Of a DNA stretch of 64,000 bases, positions 1 to 12,015 are shown piece by piece. The stretch lies in assembly GCA_950097015.1 (NCBI GenBank), contig CATNEN010000030.1:1426001-1490000 (forward strand), written 5' to 3'. The stretch comes from Macrostomum hystrix. Lineage: Eukaryota; Animalia; Platyhelminthes. Positions within the stretch are counted from its first letter, which is position 1. Every line of letters starts with the position of its first letter. The notes below the pieces were generated by a model. The model did not search any database, had not been told where the DNA came from, and was given only the letters and a program-made list of their open reading frames with translations. A program made the position numbers and the translations under genes.

Positions 1-2914
1 CCGCTCACATTGAAGACCTCGTTCTTCTGAATGCGAATCAGAATACCAGAGCTGGCCTGGCTGATCTTCTGGTAGGACTGGTAGCCGGGGCTGCTCTGGT
101 CTCCGCAGTCACCGGTGAGGACAAACACCACCTGCGGGATGTAGGGGCGAGGGTACTGTCTCAATGAACGCACTAGATACTATGCCTTATTGATTCAATA
201 AACACCCTCGATAATCTCTATGCTGATTCAATAAACACACTGAATTATCTTTCCTACGTACTCAATACACACCCTGGATAATCTCCAATGAACTGTCCCA
301 TAAACACCCTGGATAATATACAATAAACTGTCCCATAAACACACTGGATAATATACAATAAACTGTCCCATAAACACACTGGATAATATACAATAAACAG
401 TCCCATAAACACACTGGATAATATACAATAAACATTCCCATAAACACACTGGATAATATACAATAAACATTCCCATAAACACACTGGATAATATACAATA
501 AACTGTCCCATAAACACACTGGATAATATACAATAAACATTCCCATAAACACACTGGATAATATACAATAAACTGTCCCATAAACACACTGGACAATATA
601 CAATAAACTGTCCCATAAACACACTGGATAATATACAATAAACTGTCCCATAAACACACTGGATAATATACAATAAACTGACCCATAAACACACTGGATA
701 ATATACAATAAACTGTCCCATAAACACACTGGATAATATACAATAAACTGTCCCATAAACACACTGGATAATATACAATAAACAGTCCCATAAACACACT
801 GGATAATATACAATAAACTGTCCCATAAACACACTGGATAATATACAATAAACATTCCCATAAACACACTGGATAATATACAATAAACATTCCCATAAAC
901 ACACTGGATAATATACAATAAACTGTCCCATAAACACACTGGACAATATACAATAAACTGTCCCATAAACACACTGGATAATATACAATAAACTGTCCCA
1001 TAAACACACTGGATAATATACAATAAACTGACCCATAAACACACTGGATAATATACAATAAACATTCCCATAAATCACTGGGCAGCTTTCGAGCGGACTG
1101 TATAAACACTCCATAAACGTGCTCAAGAAAAAGTACACTAGAGAAATTTGAGTCTGTCTAAATAAACGCCATGGTAAACTCAGGTATATTATCTAGCCTG
1201 ACTAAACTGCCCAATAAACACCCCAATAAACACCCACCTGGCTCTCCTTCTTCATTATGAGGTCCAGCACTTCGTTGGTCAGGTGAGGATCTTTGGCGCT
1301 GGCGTCAGTGAACACGTAGATGTAAGAGTGCGGCAAGGCCGCCTCCAGGGCGTATTTGATGCCAAGCACCGTGGCCTCCGGGCAGTCGCCGCCGCCCTGA
1401 ACGAAGATGTCGTCGATCATGTCTTGAAATTCGCGCGGATCTTTCGTCTCCTTGGCCCGGCTGACCACTGAATGAGTTGGACGGTGGCGGATGCGCCTGA
1501 TGAAACCAGTCAATCAATCAATCTATCTATCTATCTATCTATCAATTCTTAGAAAGACAAAAAGTACGTCTAGAAAAAGGACCTGCTAGATTGCATACTA
1601 AATAGTGATGATGAGAAAACTACATTTTTAAAAAAGTGATTTAAAGGGATAAATAGAGAATCAGATAGTTATTGAGAGTCAGAGAGGCAGAGAGTCAGAC
1701 AATCAGATATTCAGAGAGTCAGACAGTCAGAGAGTCAGAGAGTCAGAGAGTCTGTTAATCAGACAGTCAGAGAGTCAGGCAGTCAGAGAATCAGACAGTC
1801 AGACAGTCAGAGAGTCAGAGAGTCAGACAGTCAGAGAGTCAGTCAGTCAGAGGGTCAGTCAGTCAGAGAGTCAGACAGTCAGAGAGTCAGTCAGTCAGAG
1901 AGTCAGACAGTCAGAGAATCAGTCAGTCAGAGAGTCAGACAGTCAGAGAGTCAGTCAGTCAGAGGGTCAGTCAGTCAGAGAGTCAGACAGTCAGAGAGTC
2001 AGACAGTCAGAGAATCAGTCAGTCAGAGAGTCAGACAGTCAGAGAGTCAGTCAGTCAGAGAGTCAGTCAGAGAGTAAGACAGTCATAGAGTCAGAGAGTC
2101 AGAGATTTAGACAGTCAGAGAGTCAGTCAGTGAGACAGTCAGACGGTCAGACAGTCAGACAGTCAGAGAATCAGTCAGTCAGAGAGTCAGACAGTCAGAG
2201 AGTCAGTCAGTCAGAGAGTCAGTCAGTCAGAGAGTCAGACAGTCAGAGAGTCAGTCAGTCAGAGAGTCAGTCAGAGAGTAAGACAGTCATAGAGTCAGAG
2301 AGTCAGAGATTTAGACAGTCAGAGAGTCAGTCAGTGAGACAGTCAGACGGTCAGACAGTCAGACAGTCAGAGAATCAGTCAGTCAGAGAGTCAGACAGTC
2401 AGAGAGTCAGTCAGTCAGAGAGTCAGTCAGTCAGAGAGTCAGACAGTCAGAGAGTCAGTCAGTCAGAGAGTCAGTCAGAGAGTAAGACAGTCATAGAGTC
2501 AGAGAGTCAGAGATTTAGACAGTCAGAGAGTCAGTCAGTGAGACAGTCAGACGGTCAGACAGTCAGACAGTCAGAGAGTCAGAGAGTCAGAGATTTAGAC
2601 AGTCAGAGTCAGTCAGTGAGACAGTCAGACAGTCAGACGGCTGTGAGTAATGAAAGCAAGGTCGCCAGCAAACCTGGCTCGTTGACTTCAACCAGGATGA
2701 AATTCGCGATGTTTTTCTTGGTGATTTCAGTCTCAAGGATGCGCTGGGCCCCCCTCTTGACACCGTTGAGGTCGTCCTTCATTGAGCCGGTGGTGTCAAA
2801 CACAATGGCCAGGCTGGACCGGTTGACAGGCGGTCCTGAATCCTGAGCCACGGATCCATTTGAGCAGGTCATAGCCGCCAGCATCATTGCAAGCAGGTGC
2901 CAAAGCATTGTCAT
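1..2914 (-). CDS. HMCN: Hemicentin-like (vWA domain) protein, 5' part; exons 2674-2914, 1238-1467, 1-131 (continues off window)
   Basis: Signal peptide followed by SLAIVFDTTGSMKDDL...QGGGDCPE...SYIYVFTDASAKD...VVFVLTGDC, matching the hemicentin N-terminal vWA domain. GT/AG boundaries join in phase (G|TG, then phase 0). Confidence 0.85.
280..1080. repeat. 35-bp minisatellite (TAAACACACTGGATAATATACAATAAACTGTCCCA), about 23 copies, in hemicentin intron 2
   Basis: Direct tandem copies are visible; the 35-aa periodic ORFs equal 3 units. Confidence 0.95.
1505..1545. repeat. (ATCA)n/(ATCT)n microsatellite
   Basis: Seen directly. Confidence 0.8.
1670..2640. repeat. CAGT/CAGAGAGT/CAGA compound satellite with duplicated blocks of about 180 bp, in hemicentin intron 1
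   Basis: The block ending GTAAGACAGTCATAGAGTCAGAGAGTCAGAGATTTAGAC recurs near 2075, 2280 and 2485. Confidence 0.95.
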
Positions 2915-3019
2915 GGCGCCAGTCGCAGCTTTCTAATTCCTGGCACCTTGATCTTCAAAATAGACTCTATTCAGTGTGTGAATAGAGAGTCAGACAGTCT
3001 CTCTGATCCAGAAATCTGG

Positions 3020-3182
3020 ATTTGGATTTTGAAGGAAGGATCCGGATTTTGAGGATTTTGATTTACTGGGATCTGGATTATTGGGGATCTGGATTATTGG
3101 GGATCTGGATTATTGGGGATCTGGATTATTGGGGATCTGGATTATTGGGGATCTGGATTATTGGGGATCTGGATTGTTGGGG
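3020..3182. repeat. 16-bp minisatellite GGGATCTGGATTATTG
   Basis: Seen directly. Confidence 0.9.
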
Positions 3183-4069
3183 GTTGCGTATTTGTTGCGT
3201 CTTCAATGCTGGCCTTATTGATAACTAAAATAGGATTTTTTGGTTGCGGCAAAAACTGGAAGCAGTTAATGTCTGTGCAACTTTGGGCTGGCCTCACTTT
3301 TTCTAAGAATCGGAGGGTGGGTGAAATGCAGAAAAAGCGAACATCTGAAAGCACGCAGCCTGTCTCTGCTGGGTGCCGTTCAGATTGTGTGTTAGGGCCT
3401 TGGGGTGGGTGTCCGTCCAGTCTCGCATTAGGCACCATCTTTAACCCCCGATCTTTCGAGTGGAGAGGAGAGAGTGGGGAGAGAAGGTGAAGGCTAGGTA
3501 CGCATATTTCCCCATATCCTTCGCTTCATCATCAGACTTCCCTGGGATCCAATGGCTGGGTTTCCATCAAGCTGGTACAATGTGCCATTTCCATATCGTT
3601 AGGCAACTGCTGAGTCAGCGCAGCCATTTTTGCACACTTGGAACAATGCCTTCTTCTAGGAGGATTCTAAATTGACTTCCTAGACCACATATGGTCTAGG
3701 CCTTGTCCAGTGATCGTTAGACTTGATTATAAAACAGCCATACAAGGCTAGGAAATTATACAAGTGGAAAGAAAATCAAGGATGCAATTTTTCAGTGCAT
3801 TTGTTGCGTAAAACGGATTTTTAAGGATCGCAATTTCTGCGGCAAAGTTGCAGCTCTCATCTCCTTAATACTACTTCTGTCTCTACTAGGTCAGTAGTGT
3901 GTTGAGCCAATGCGCGATAAGCAGCCTCTTTTGTGACACAAAATTGCCTGTAGCATGGAATGACTGGGGACTTAGATGGGTTGGATTGACTGAGGACCTG
4001 AAGTCACTGGGGGTCTCTAGTGACAGGGGATCTGTAGTGATTGGGGATCTGAAGTCACGGTGGATCTCA

Positions 4070-4410
4070 TGTCACTGGATTATTGGGGATCTGGATTATT
4101 GGGGATCTGGATTAATGGGGATCTAGATTAATGGGGCTCTGGATTATTGGGGATCTGAATTATTAGGGACATGGATAATTGGGGATCTGAATTAATGGGG
4201 ATCTGGATTATTGGGGATCTGAATTATTAGGGACATGGATAATTGGGGATCTGAATTAATGGGGATCTGGATTTTTAGGGATCCGGATTATTTGTGATCT
4301 GGATTTTGAGGATTTTGATTTATTGGGATCTGGATTATTGGGGATCTGGATTTTTAGGGATCTGGATTTTTGGGATCTAATTTCACTGGGGATCAGGATC
4401 ATAGGGAATT
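4070..4410. repeat. Second, more degenerate array of the same GGGATCTGGATTATTG unit
   Basis: Same unit and orientation as 3020-3182. Confidence 0.9.
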
Positions 4411-4568
4411 TACAATCGGATGGGAACGGAAACCTTAAATGGGTTCGCAAAATGGCTCTAATTTTACTTTATAAGGCATATTTTCCGCCACAACTGAATA
4501 TTTTTATTTCGACTTTGGAAAGCAAGAAGCCAAACAGTCCAGCTTGTCCGCGCCCACTCGGAGGGCAG

Positions 4569-4958
4569 TCAGTCGGCAATGAACGCGCAACCGACGCCCC
4601 AATCTATGTACCCCTGCCTGTAACTGTACATCCGGGCGTCCGAGTCAGTGGAAGGCCTTCCCATCAGCTTCAGCACCGGCAGCCTGACTTTCTGCGTCTC
4701 GCAACGGCCTGGCAGTCCGCTAACTACCGATGTGCTGCAAGCACACTTCAGGTGCACCAGATGCACAGGAATGCGGTGAGGATCCGTGTCGTTCTTATTG
4801 CTGAACTTGCACAGCGAGCCTGATTCTTTAGGTTTTTCGAAGCAGGGCTCGCTATCCGTGAGGTCAGCTGGGTGTCTGCCAACGCTGCTGAACACACTGC
4901 TGTGAACGCACACTCTTGTGGAATCCAAGGCGTCTGCGGAGTCGAGTTGATGCTGCAT

Positions 4959-4989
<31 letters not shown>

Positions 4990-6444
4990 GGAAGAAGCGG
5001 TTGCGACAGAAAATGACTTTTCGCTGAGAGGGGTGTGATGAAGGATGAGAATACAGACGAGCTCATAGAAATGTCTCATCTCCTGTTCACTCGTCTCATA
5101 CTTGTTCACTCAACGCATCACTTGTTCACTCAACTCATCACTTGCTCACTCGTCTCATCACCTGTTCACTAATCTTATCAACTGTTTACTCAACTCATTA
5201 TCTGTTCACTTAACTCATTACTTGTTCACTCAACTCATACCTGTTCACTCAACTCATCAACTGTTCACTCAACTCATCAACTGTTCACTCAACTCATACC
5301 TGTTCACTCAACTCATCAACTGTTCACTCAACTCATCAACTGTTCACTCAACTCATACCTGTTCACTCAACTCATCAACTGTTCACTCATCCCATCACCT
5401 GTTCACTCAACTCATCAACTGTTCACTCATCCCATCACCTGTTCACTCAACTCATACCTGTTCACTCATCTCATCAACTGTTCACTCATCCCATCACCTG
5501 TTCACTCAACTCATAGCTGTTCACTCATCTCATCAACTGTTCACTCAACTCATACCTGTTCACTCATCTCATCAACTGTTCACTCAACTCATACCTGTTC
5601 ACTCAACTCATCAACTGTTCACTCATCCCATCACCTGTTCACTCATCTCATCACCTGTTCACTCATCTCATCACCTGTTCACTCATCTCATCAACTGTTC
5701 ACTCATCTCATCAACTGTTCACTCAACTCATCAACTGTTCACTCATCCCATCACCTGTTCACTCAACTCATCAACTGTTCACTCAACTCATACCTGTTCA
5801 CTCAACTCATACCTGTTCACTCATCTCATCAACTGTTCACTCATCCCATCACCTGTTCACTCAACTCATACCTGTTCACTCATCTCATCAACTGTTCACT
5901 CATCCCATCACCTGTTCACTCAACTCATACCTGTTCACTCATCTCATCAACTGTTCACTCAACTCATCAACTGTTCACTCAACTCATACCTGTTCACTCA
6001 ACTCATCAACTGTTCACTCATCCCATCACCTGTTCACTCAACTCATACCTGTTCACTCATCTCATCAACTGTTCACTCAACTCATCAACTGTTCACTCAT
6101 CCCATCACCTGTTCACTCATCTCATCAACTGTTCACTCATCTCATCAACTGTTCACTCAACTCATCAACTGTTCACTCATCCCATCACCTGTTCACTCAT
6201 CTCATCACCTGTTCACTCATCTCATCACCTGTTCACTCATCTCATCACCTGTTCACTCATCTCATCACCTGTTCACTTATCTCATCACCTGTTCACTCAT
6301 CTCATCACCTGTTCACTCATCTCATCACCTGTTCACTCATCTCATCACCTGTTCACTCAACTCACCACCTATTTAATCTATCATATATTTTTCACCTGCC
6401 CTACAGAGATCAGTGTCGAAAGACTTGGACTTACCTGGTCTCAT
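4569..6444 (-). CDS. Secreted IL-17-like cystine-knot protein, 154 aa; exons 6435-6444 and 4569-5023
   Basis: ATG AGA CCA G|GTAAGT joins to ctctcag|CG AAA AGT, giving MRPAKSHFLSQPLLPSLLLLLLLLLMQHQLDSA (signal peptide). The C-terminal SLCKF...DTDPHRIPVHLVHLKCAC...RCETQKVRLPVLKL...Y...WGVGCAF resembles the IL-17 pattern SxCPW...DPNRxP...EAxC...C...VL...VGCTC. Confidence 0.65.
5102..6365. repeat. Composite 18-20-bp minisatellite (CTGTTCACTCA[A/T]CTCAT[CA][A/C]) filling the IL-17-like intron
   Basis: Seen directly. Confidence 0.95.
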
Positions 6445-6904
6445 TTTAGCCCGTTAAAGCTAGCCGAAAAAATGATAATCAAAATAAAAATGATTCCGAA
6501 AATGACTTGCAAATCGGTGGTCCTGCTGATAGCGCGTTTAAATACTGATTATCGACGTTCAACGAAGATCAGATATTTTATCTGTTTATTTTTCTGCTCA
6601 TTAAAAGTGTCAATAGTTTTTATCACGGCCTTTGGTCCAATTGATTTTCCGTGTATGCTATCAGCTAGTCTAGCTCGTAAATGCAAAAAATTTTTGAGTA
6701 AACAAAACTGAGATAAATAGAAGGACGTAACTGCTTGATGACGTCAAGATCAGGAGAAACCGATAAGACTCGTGTTTAATTTCAAGTCAATATATTATCT
6801 TTTTCTTCATTAGATCGAAAACTAATGCAAGCCTTCGCGAAATCAATTTCACATGATCAATATCTCACATTATTAATTCCTCATATATCAATCTATCTCT
6901 CACG

Positions 6905-7250
6905 CGATCAATCGCTTACATGATCAATCTTACATGATCAATCTTACATGATTAATCTTACATGATCAATCTTACATTATCAATCTTACATGATTAATCT
7001 TACATGATCAATCTTACAAGATCAATCTTACATGATCAATCTTACAAGATCAATCTTACATGATCAATCTGACATGATCAATCTTACATGATTAATCTTA
7101 CATGATCAATCTTACATGATCAATCTTACATGATCAATCTTACATGATCAATCTTACATGATCAATCTTACATGAACAATCTTACATGATCAATCTTACA
7201 TGATCAATCTTACATGATCAATCTTACAAGATCAATCTCATATGACTTAT
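6905..7250. repeat. 14-bp minisatellite ATGATCAATCTTAC
   Basis: Seen directly, about 22 copies. Confidence 0.95.
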
Positions 7251-7737
7251 CTATCACACTGTCAATCTCTAACGCGATCAAACGCTCAAATGATCAATCT
7301 CTAACATAAGTCTCTCTCACTCGATTAATTAATCCCGCGTGATCAATCTCTCTCACTGAATAATTATCCCACAAGATCTCTAAGCCGGCCAATGTCAACC
7401 ACAGGCCCAACCCGCCTGTGCTTCCTCCATGAGCAAACATCCCTGCAGGATCTCGTCTGTTGACCTTGTTATTGCACAGGCAAAAACACTGAGAATTAGA
7501 TTTTCTCGCGCAAACCGGCTCACAGACACAGCCAATGTCTCTCCTAAAAGCAGAAACGCAAATTTATCAGCTCGTATCGATGCGAAGCTGACTAGTTATC
7601 TTGCTAACCGTAAAATAGGGACAGCGACTATGCTGAAGAGTAAGATGCGACTCCATGTTAGGCGACAGGACAATTACAAAATAGGGATGGGATGCGGAAA
7701 AGAAGACAAGGAAAGAGAGATGGGGAAATTAGAAGTA

Positions 7738-7820
7738 AGTCGTCCAGTGGTTAGAGCATCGGACTCACGACTTGAAGGTCGAGGGTTCAATTCTCGACTC
7801 CTCCAGAAACAATTTGCGTC
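7738..7820 (+). mobile_element. tRNA-derived SINE head (family A), 3'-truncated
   Basis: CAGTGGTTAGAGCATCGGACTCACGACTTGAAGGTCGAGGGTTCAATTC matches the heads at 44335 and 52158. Confidence 0.7.
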
Positions 7821-7962
7821 GAACCCGGACACCATACCCCGAACCCGGACACCATACCCCGAACCAGACCCGGACTCCATATCCCGAACCCGGACACCAT
7901 ACCCCGAACCCGGTGCTAAAACCCGACTGAAACCCGACCCGACATCGAACCCCGAGCACCCC
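7820..7962. repeat. Short CGAACCCGGACACCATACCC-type tandem repeat
   Basis: Seen directly. Confidence 0.75.
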
Positions 7963-8005
7963 TGATCCAATCCTGCATGGATTCGACCTTTAAAATTATA
8001 TTTTG

Positions 8006-8230
8006 ATTGGACGTATTTGATTGGGCCGAGTTGTTGCTATTTTTAGAGAAGCTTGCCGGAAAACCCACTGACCACGTGACTGGCCTTGGCCAATAAAAAC
8101 ATTTGGTTCTTCCCATTTATGTACGCCCGATCGTGTCCGTGTGAACGTGGGCTGCCTTCGGAGATTTGGGGAAGGCATCCAACGGCGTTGATTTAATCTC
8201 CCTCCCAGCCAATCTCCATCGGCCCCACCC
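8006..8230 (+). promoter_or_regulatory. Probable promoter with four CCAAT boxes and a CACGTG E-box
   Basis: ATTGG at 8006 and 8020, CACGTG at 8073, CCAAT at 8090 and 8209, and a CCCCACCC box, all just upstream of the 8332 ORF. Confidence 0.45.
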
Positions 8231-8331
8231 ACCCCCAAAGCCGGATCAAAGCGAGAGACGCGAATGAAACAGCGGGATGAAATCGGCGCAGAAGATCAGG
8301 GGCGGCGGATTCAGGGCGCACAGCAGACAGC

Positions 8332-9061
8332 ATGCAGGACGACGGGGAACTGGAAGCTGACGCCAAAGCTGGCGTTCAAATCAGCATCGACGCGCCGAAT
8401 CCGGCCAGTCAGATGACAAAGTGCGTCAGCTTTCAGAAAATCATCCAGCACCAGAACGACTTGGCGGAGGCGAAACTTAGCGAAGAAGTCGGAAGGGCGA
8501 AGAATTGCGCGCAGGCCATGATTGGAAAAAGTGCAACCGACACCCTCGAACTGCCGAGGCAGCAGCTCCACGGCGGTAGCTGCGGCTCTATCGGTGGCAG
8601 CGTGGCATCGCTGACTGGCTGCGGCTCGTCCGTTGCTGGCAGCCTCGACGTTCAAGCGCCTTCAGTCAGACGCGATTTCGGCGGAGCCAGCGGCGTTGAC
8701 GCCGACGAGAGAGATGCCGGTGACAGTAACGACGAAGGCGACGATGACTACGATGGCGGCGGCAGCGGAGCCCATCGATTCCATCGCCGCTCCAAGTCGT
8801 GTCCATTGCGTTAGATCGAACGAGGACGATGTCGCAAAGTCGCTGCCGCCAACACCGTCGCAGCCACCGCTACAACGTCGAGATGTGGAGGCCGTAGCGG
8901 TGGAATCCAGCTGCTACGCCGGCAGTTTGAGTCGAAGGACTCGCCAATCAAGGCGCAAATGTGAGGACTGGATCCGGCGCCTGGGTGACCAGTCCGAGAC
9001 AGCCGGTGCCGGCCAAGCCACGGTGGCGGAGGCCGCCGACAATGCGCGCACCCCGGATTGA
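8332..9061 (+). CDS. Uncharacterised low-complexity protein, about 242 aa after removing one T at 8811-8812
   Basis: Two GC-rich overlapping ORFs (8332-8814 and 8633-9061) join by a single-base deletion (CPLR-RSNEDD). No recognised family. Confidence 0.5.
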
Positions 9062-9563
9062 CTGAGAATGCCGAAGCTCTTTGACAATTTACTTTAAATT
9101 ATCAGCAGACAAACCATTCGATAGGACGATAAAAAAACTCTATGGCTTTTTTGTGGCCCGAAGTACAGCCTGTATAGAATCCAAGATACTGAGCTAGCAC
9201 GCTTGAACGAACAGGCGGCCTCCCATCGGATGTACAGGCCGAATTATTTATGATTAATCCCATTGGACTTGCCTATAAAGTGCAATTGGAGTCATTTTGT
9301 ATTCAAAACTAGCCCAGCCGAGGGAGCCCACTCCTTCATCCAATTTGTAGTCCGCTATTTTTCAAATCGACCCATCCCAATTCTTTCCCTGGAAGCAGAA
9401 GCAGAGTGGTCCTCTCGCTCTGTCTGGGCTGTCTCGGCTTCGGTTAACGCCCTGGATCATAAATCCAATCCATGAATTTCGAATTCTCCCATCTCTCCCG
9501 GGAGGATCTCATATTGGGCGATTGATAATAATCCCGCGCCCAGTCTCCTCACTCAAGCTGAAT

Positions 9564-9902
9564 TTATCTGTTCCGCGCAATGGCCTCTTCATTTCCATCT
9601 GGCTTGGATCCACACGCAAATATTGGATTATCAAATGACCTCATTGTGACCTCCGCAGTGTCCGACTGAGGGTCGGATTTAAACAAATCACCTGTGCGCG
9701 CAGGTGGGCGCAGATAAAGGCAATCACGCTCCGTTTCTTGGTTCGGCGAATCCAATTTCCGAATTGTTAATTTACATGTAAAATTTAATTTGTTTTTTTC
9801 TGTATTCAATAAACAGATCCGACAATCACCCAAGGCCGTTTCCAATGTCACTGGTGGGCTTTTTACATTCTGATCTCTTACGAAGGTTACTAAGACATTT
9901 AG
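9564..9902 (-). CDS. Possible exon of an unidentified gene
   Basis: A strong acceptor (tttctatttatttctatcgcag|CTA) is followed by an open, non-repetitive frame of about 112 codons. No homology recognised. Confidence 0.3.
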   Translation of the reverse strand, partial: LNVLVTFVRDQNVKSPPVTLETALGDCRICLLNTEKNKLNFTCKLTIRKLDSPNQETERDCLYLRPPARTGDLFKSDPQSDTAEVTMRSFDNPIFACGSKPDGNEEAIARNR

Positions 9903-10034
9903 CTGCGATAGAAATAAATAGAAATGTGCAAGAGAAATATAAGAATTAATACGAATTTTCATGGTCATTCCTCCATGGAATTCCTTCAAGGAGACAGTCT
10001 TGCCCGCTAGGGCAAACCAAAATCTATCATAATG

Positions 10035-10550
10035 GCAATCTACTTTCAAGGTCATTTCCAAGGTCATTCCTCCAAGGAAATTCCTTTAAGATACCAGAGA
10101 TAAAGGCAATCTACTTTCAAGTTCATTTCCAAGGTCATTCCTCCAAGGAAATTCCTTTAAGATACCAGAGATAAAGGCAATCTACTTTCAAGTTCATTTC
10201 CAAGGTCATTTCTTCATGGAAATTCCGTTAAGATACCAGAGATAAAGGCAATCTACTTTCAATGTCATTTCCAAGGTCATTCCTCCAAGGAAATTCCTTT
10301 AAGATACCAGAGATAAAGGCAATCTACTTTCAAGTTCATTTCCAAGGTCATTCCTCCAAGGAAATTCCTTTAAGATACCAGAGATAAAGGCAATCTACTT
10401 TCAAGTTCATTTCCAAGGTCATTTCTTCATGGAAATTCCGTTAAGATACCAGAGATAAAGGCAATCTACTTTCAAGGTCATTTCCAAGGTCATTTCTTCA
10501 TGGAAATTCCGTTAAGATACCAGAGATAAATGCAATCTACTTCGAAGTTC
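10035..10550. repeat. 71-bp minisatellite (TAAAGGCAATCTACTTTCAAGTTCATTTCCAAGGTCATTCCTCCAAGGAAATTCCTTTAAGATACCAGAGA), about 7 copies
   Basis: Seen directly. Confidence 0.95.
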
Positions 10551-11344
10551 ATTGGGAGCTTTTATCTACCGAGGTTGTAAAGTCTTTTGAGAGTGCGATA
10601 GAAATTTTTTTAAGGTCAATCGATTCTTTATATATTAAGTTTTTTATTTAAAGTTCTTATAATCCCTATTCGAAGGTCGTCTCGTTGGAAATGTGTGCTA
10701 AAAATGTAAACTTGCATAAACATCTAAGAATAAAATAGCAAAACATTTAAAATAAGAGCATCTCTTTCCAGTTTTCATTAAAAATAGATATTGGTCATTC
10801 GAGAAAAGTGGGCTATATTTATGTTCATGAAGCATATATTTACAAAATCAACTATTTGAATCATAAAATCACAATAATAGTCGTAATTGTTTGTTTGTCT
10901 GCACCAGTATTCTGCAAAAATAAAGATGTAATAACCTTTCCAGAACCAAACACCAAAGCCTATCATGGTTTGAAAATGAATTGCTGTTAAAAAATGTCAA
11001 TCTAAAAATGCCTTTTACAAATGTACTTTTAGTTAACGCAACTATGGGAAAACCTACCACGAGACGCCCATAATTTTACTAGATAAGGCCGTAGAATAAA
11101 TCAAAACATATAAAACACAAGTATAATAATAACTATTAGGTAACAGTAGCAAATAAAAAACTGGTTGGCCGAAATGTACTAATAGATAAGAATGAAACAA
11201 ATTGTTGCACCTTTACATTCTTGACTGCCGAAATTAAAAAACTGTGTTAAAATTATTTCGATTTAGAAAAACTACTATCATGGAAGCAAATTGTTTGGAA
11301 GACGACATTGTGGACGGCGACGCTATGGCGAGATTTGAAAAAAA

Positions 11345-11735
11345 ACGCTCGACACGACGGCGAGGCTAGGGCGAGAATGGGAACAACGCGCGAAACAACG
11401 GTGAGACTAGGGCGAGAATGGGAACAACGCTCGAAACGACGGCGAGGCTAGGGCGAGATTCGGAACAACGCTCGAAACGACGGCGAGGCTAGGGCGAGAA
11501 TGGGAACAACGCTCGAAACGACGGCGAGGCTAGGGCGAGATTGGGAATAACGCTCTAAACGACGGCGAGGCTAGGGCGAGATTGGGAACAACGCTCGAAA
11601 CGACGGCGAGGCTAGGGCGAGAATGGGAACAACGCTCGAAACGACGGCGAGGCTAGGGCGAGATTGGGAACAACGCTCGAAACGACGGCGAGGCTAGGGC
11701 GAGAATGGGAACAACGCTCGAAACGACGGCGAGGA
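11345..11735. repeat. 41-bp CpG-rich minisatellite (AACAACGCTCGAAACGACGGCGAGGCTAGGGCGAGAATGGG)
   Basis: Seen directly, about 9 copies. Confidence 0.95.
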
Positions 11736-11847
11736 GCTCAAACTCCGCTAAACTCGCTTAAGATAATAAACAAGATAATAAACAGACCAATAGCAATTTG
11801 CCATAGACAGACTTTTAGCAGCTAAGGTTTCTCTATAGACTCAACTG

Positions 11848-11932
11848 GAACTGTTTGTGTCCTTTAGAAAAGACACTTTTAATTCTGCATTGCTTTAGTT
11901 TAAATGGGTACCAGAATTAGCTGGGGTAATTG
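11848..11932 (+). mobile_element. SINE family A core fragment
   Basis: TTTGTGTCCTTTAGAAAAGACACTT...CTGCATTGCTTTAG...AAATGGGTACCAGAATTAGCTGGGGTAAT matches the bodies at 44400 and 52230. Confidence 0.65.
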
Positions 11933-12015
11933 ATCAGCATTACCTGTCGGCTGCACATCTAATCCAATTAGGGCAATTAGAATTAATTTATTAATTTTTC
12001 ATAGTCTTTCAGTAG

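Noticed and set aside
228-1138. Long periodic ORFs over repeat arrays (also 2130, 5102, 28378, 48290, 55661, 62934)
   Set aside because: They are translations of stop-free minisatellite units lying in introns or intergenic DNA.
8796-8814. 19-nt GT...AG intron joining the two ORFs of the 8332 gene
   Set aside because: It is far below normal spliceosomal size; a TT homopolymer insertion explains it.
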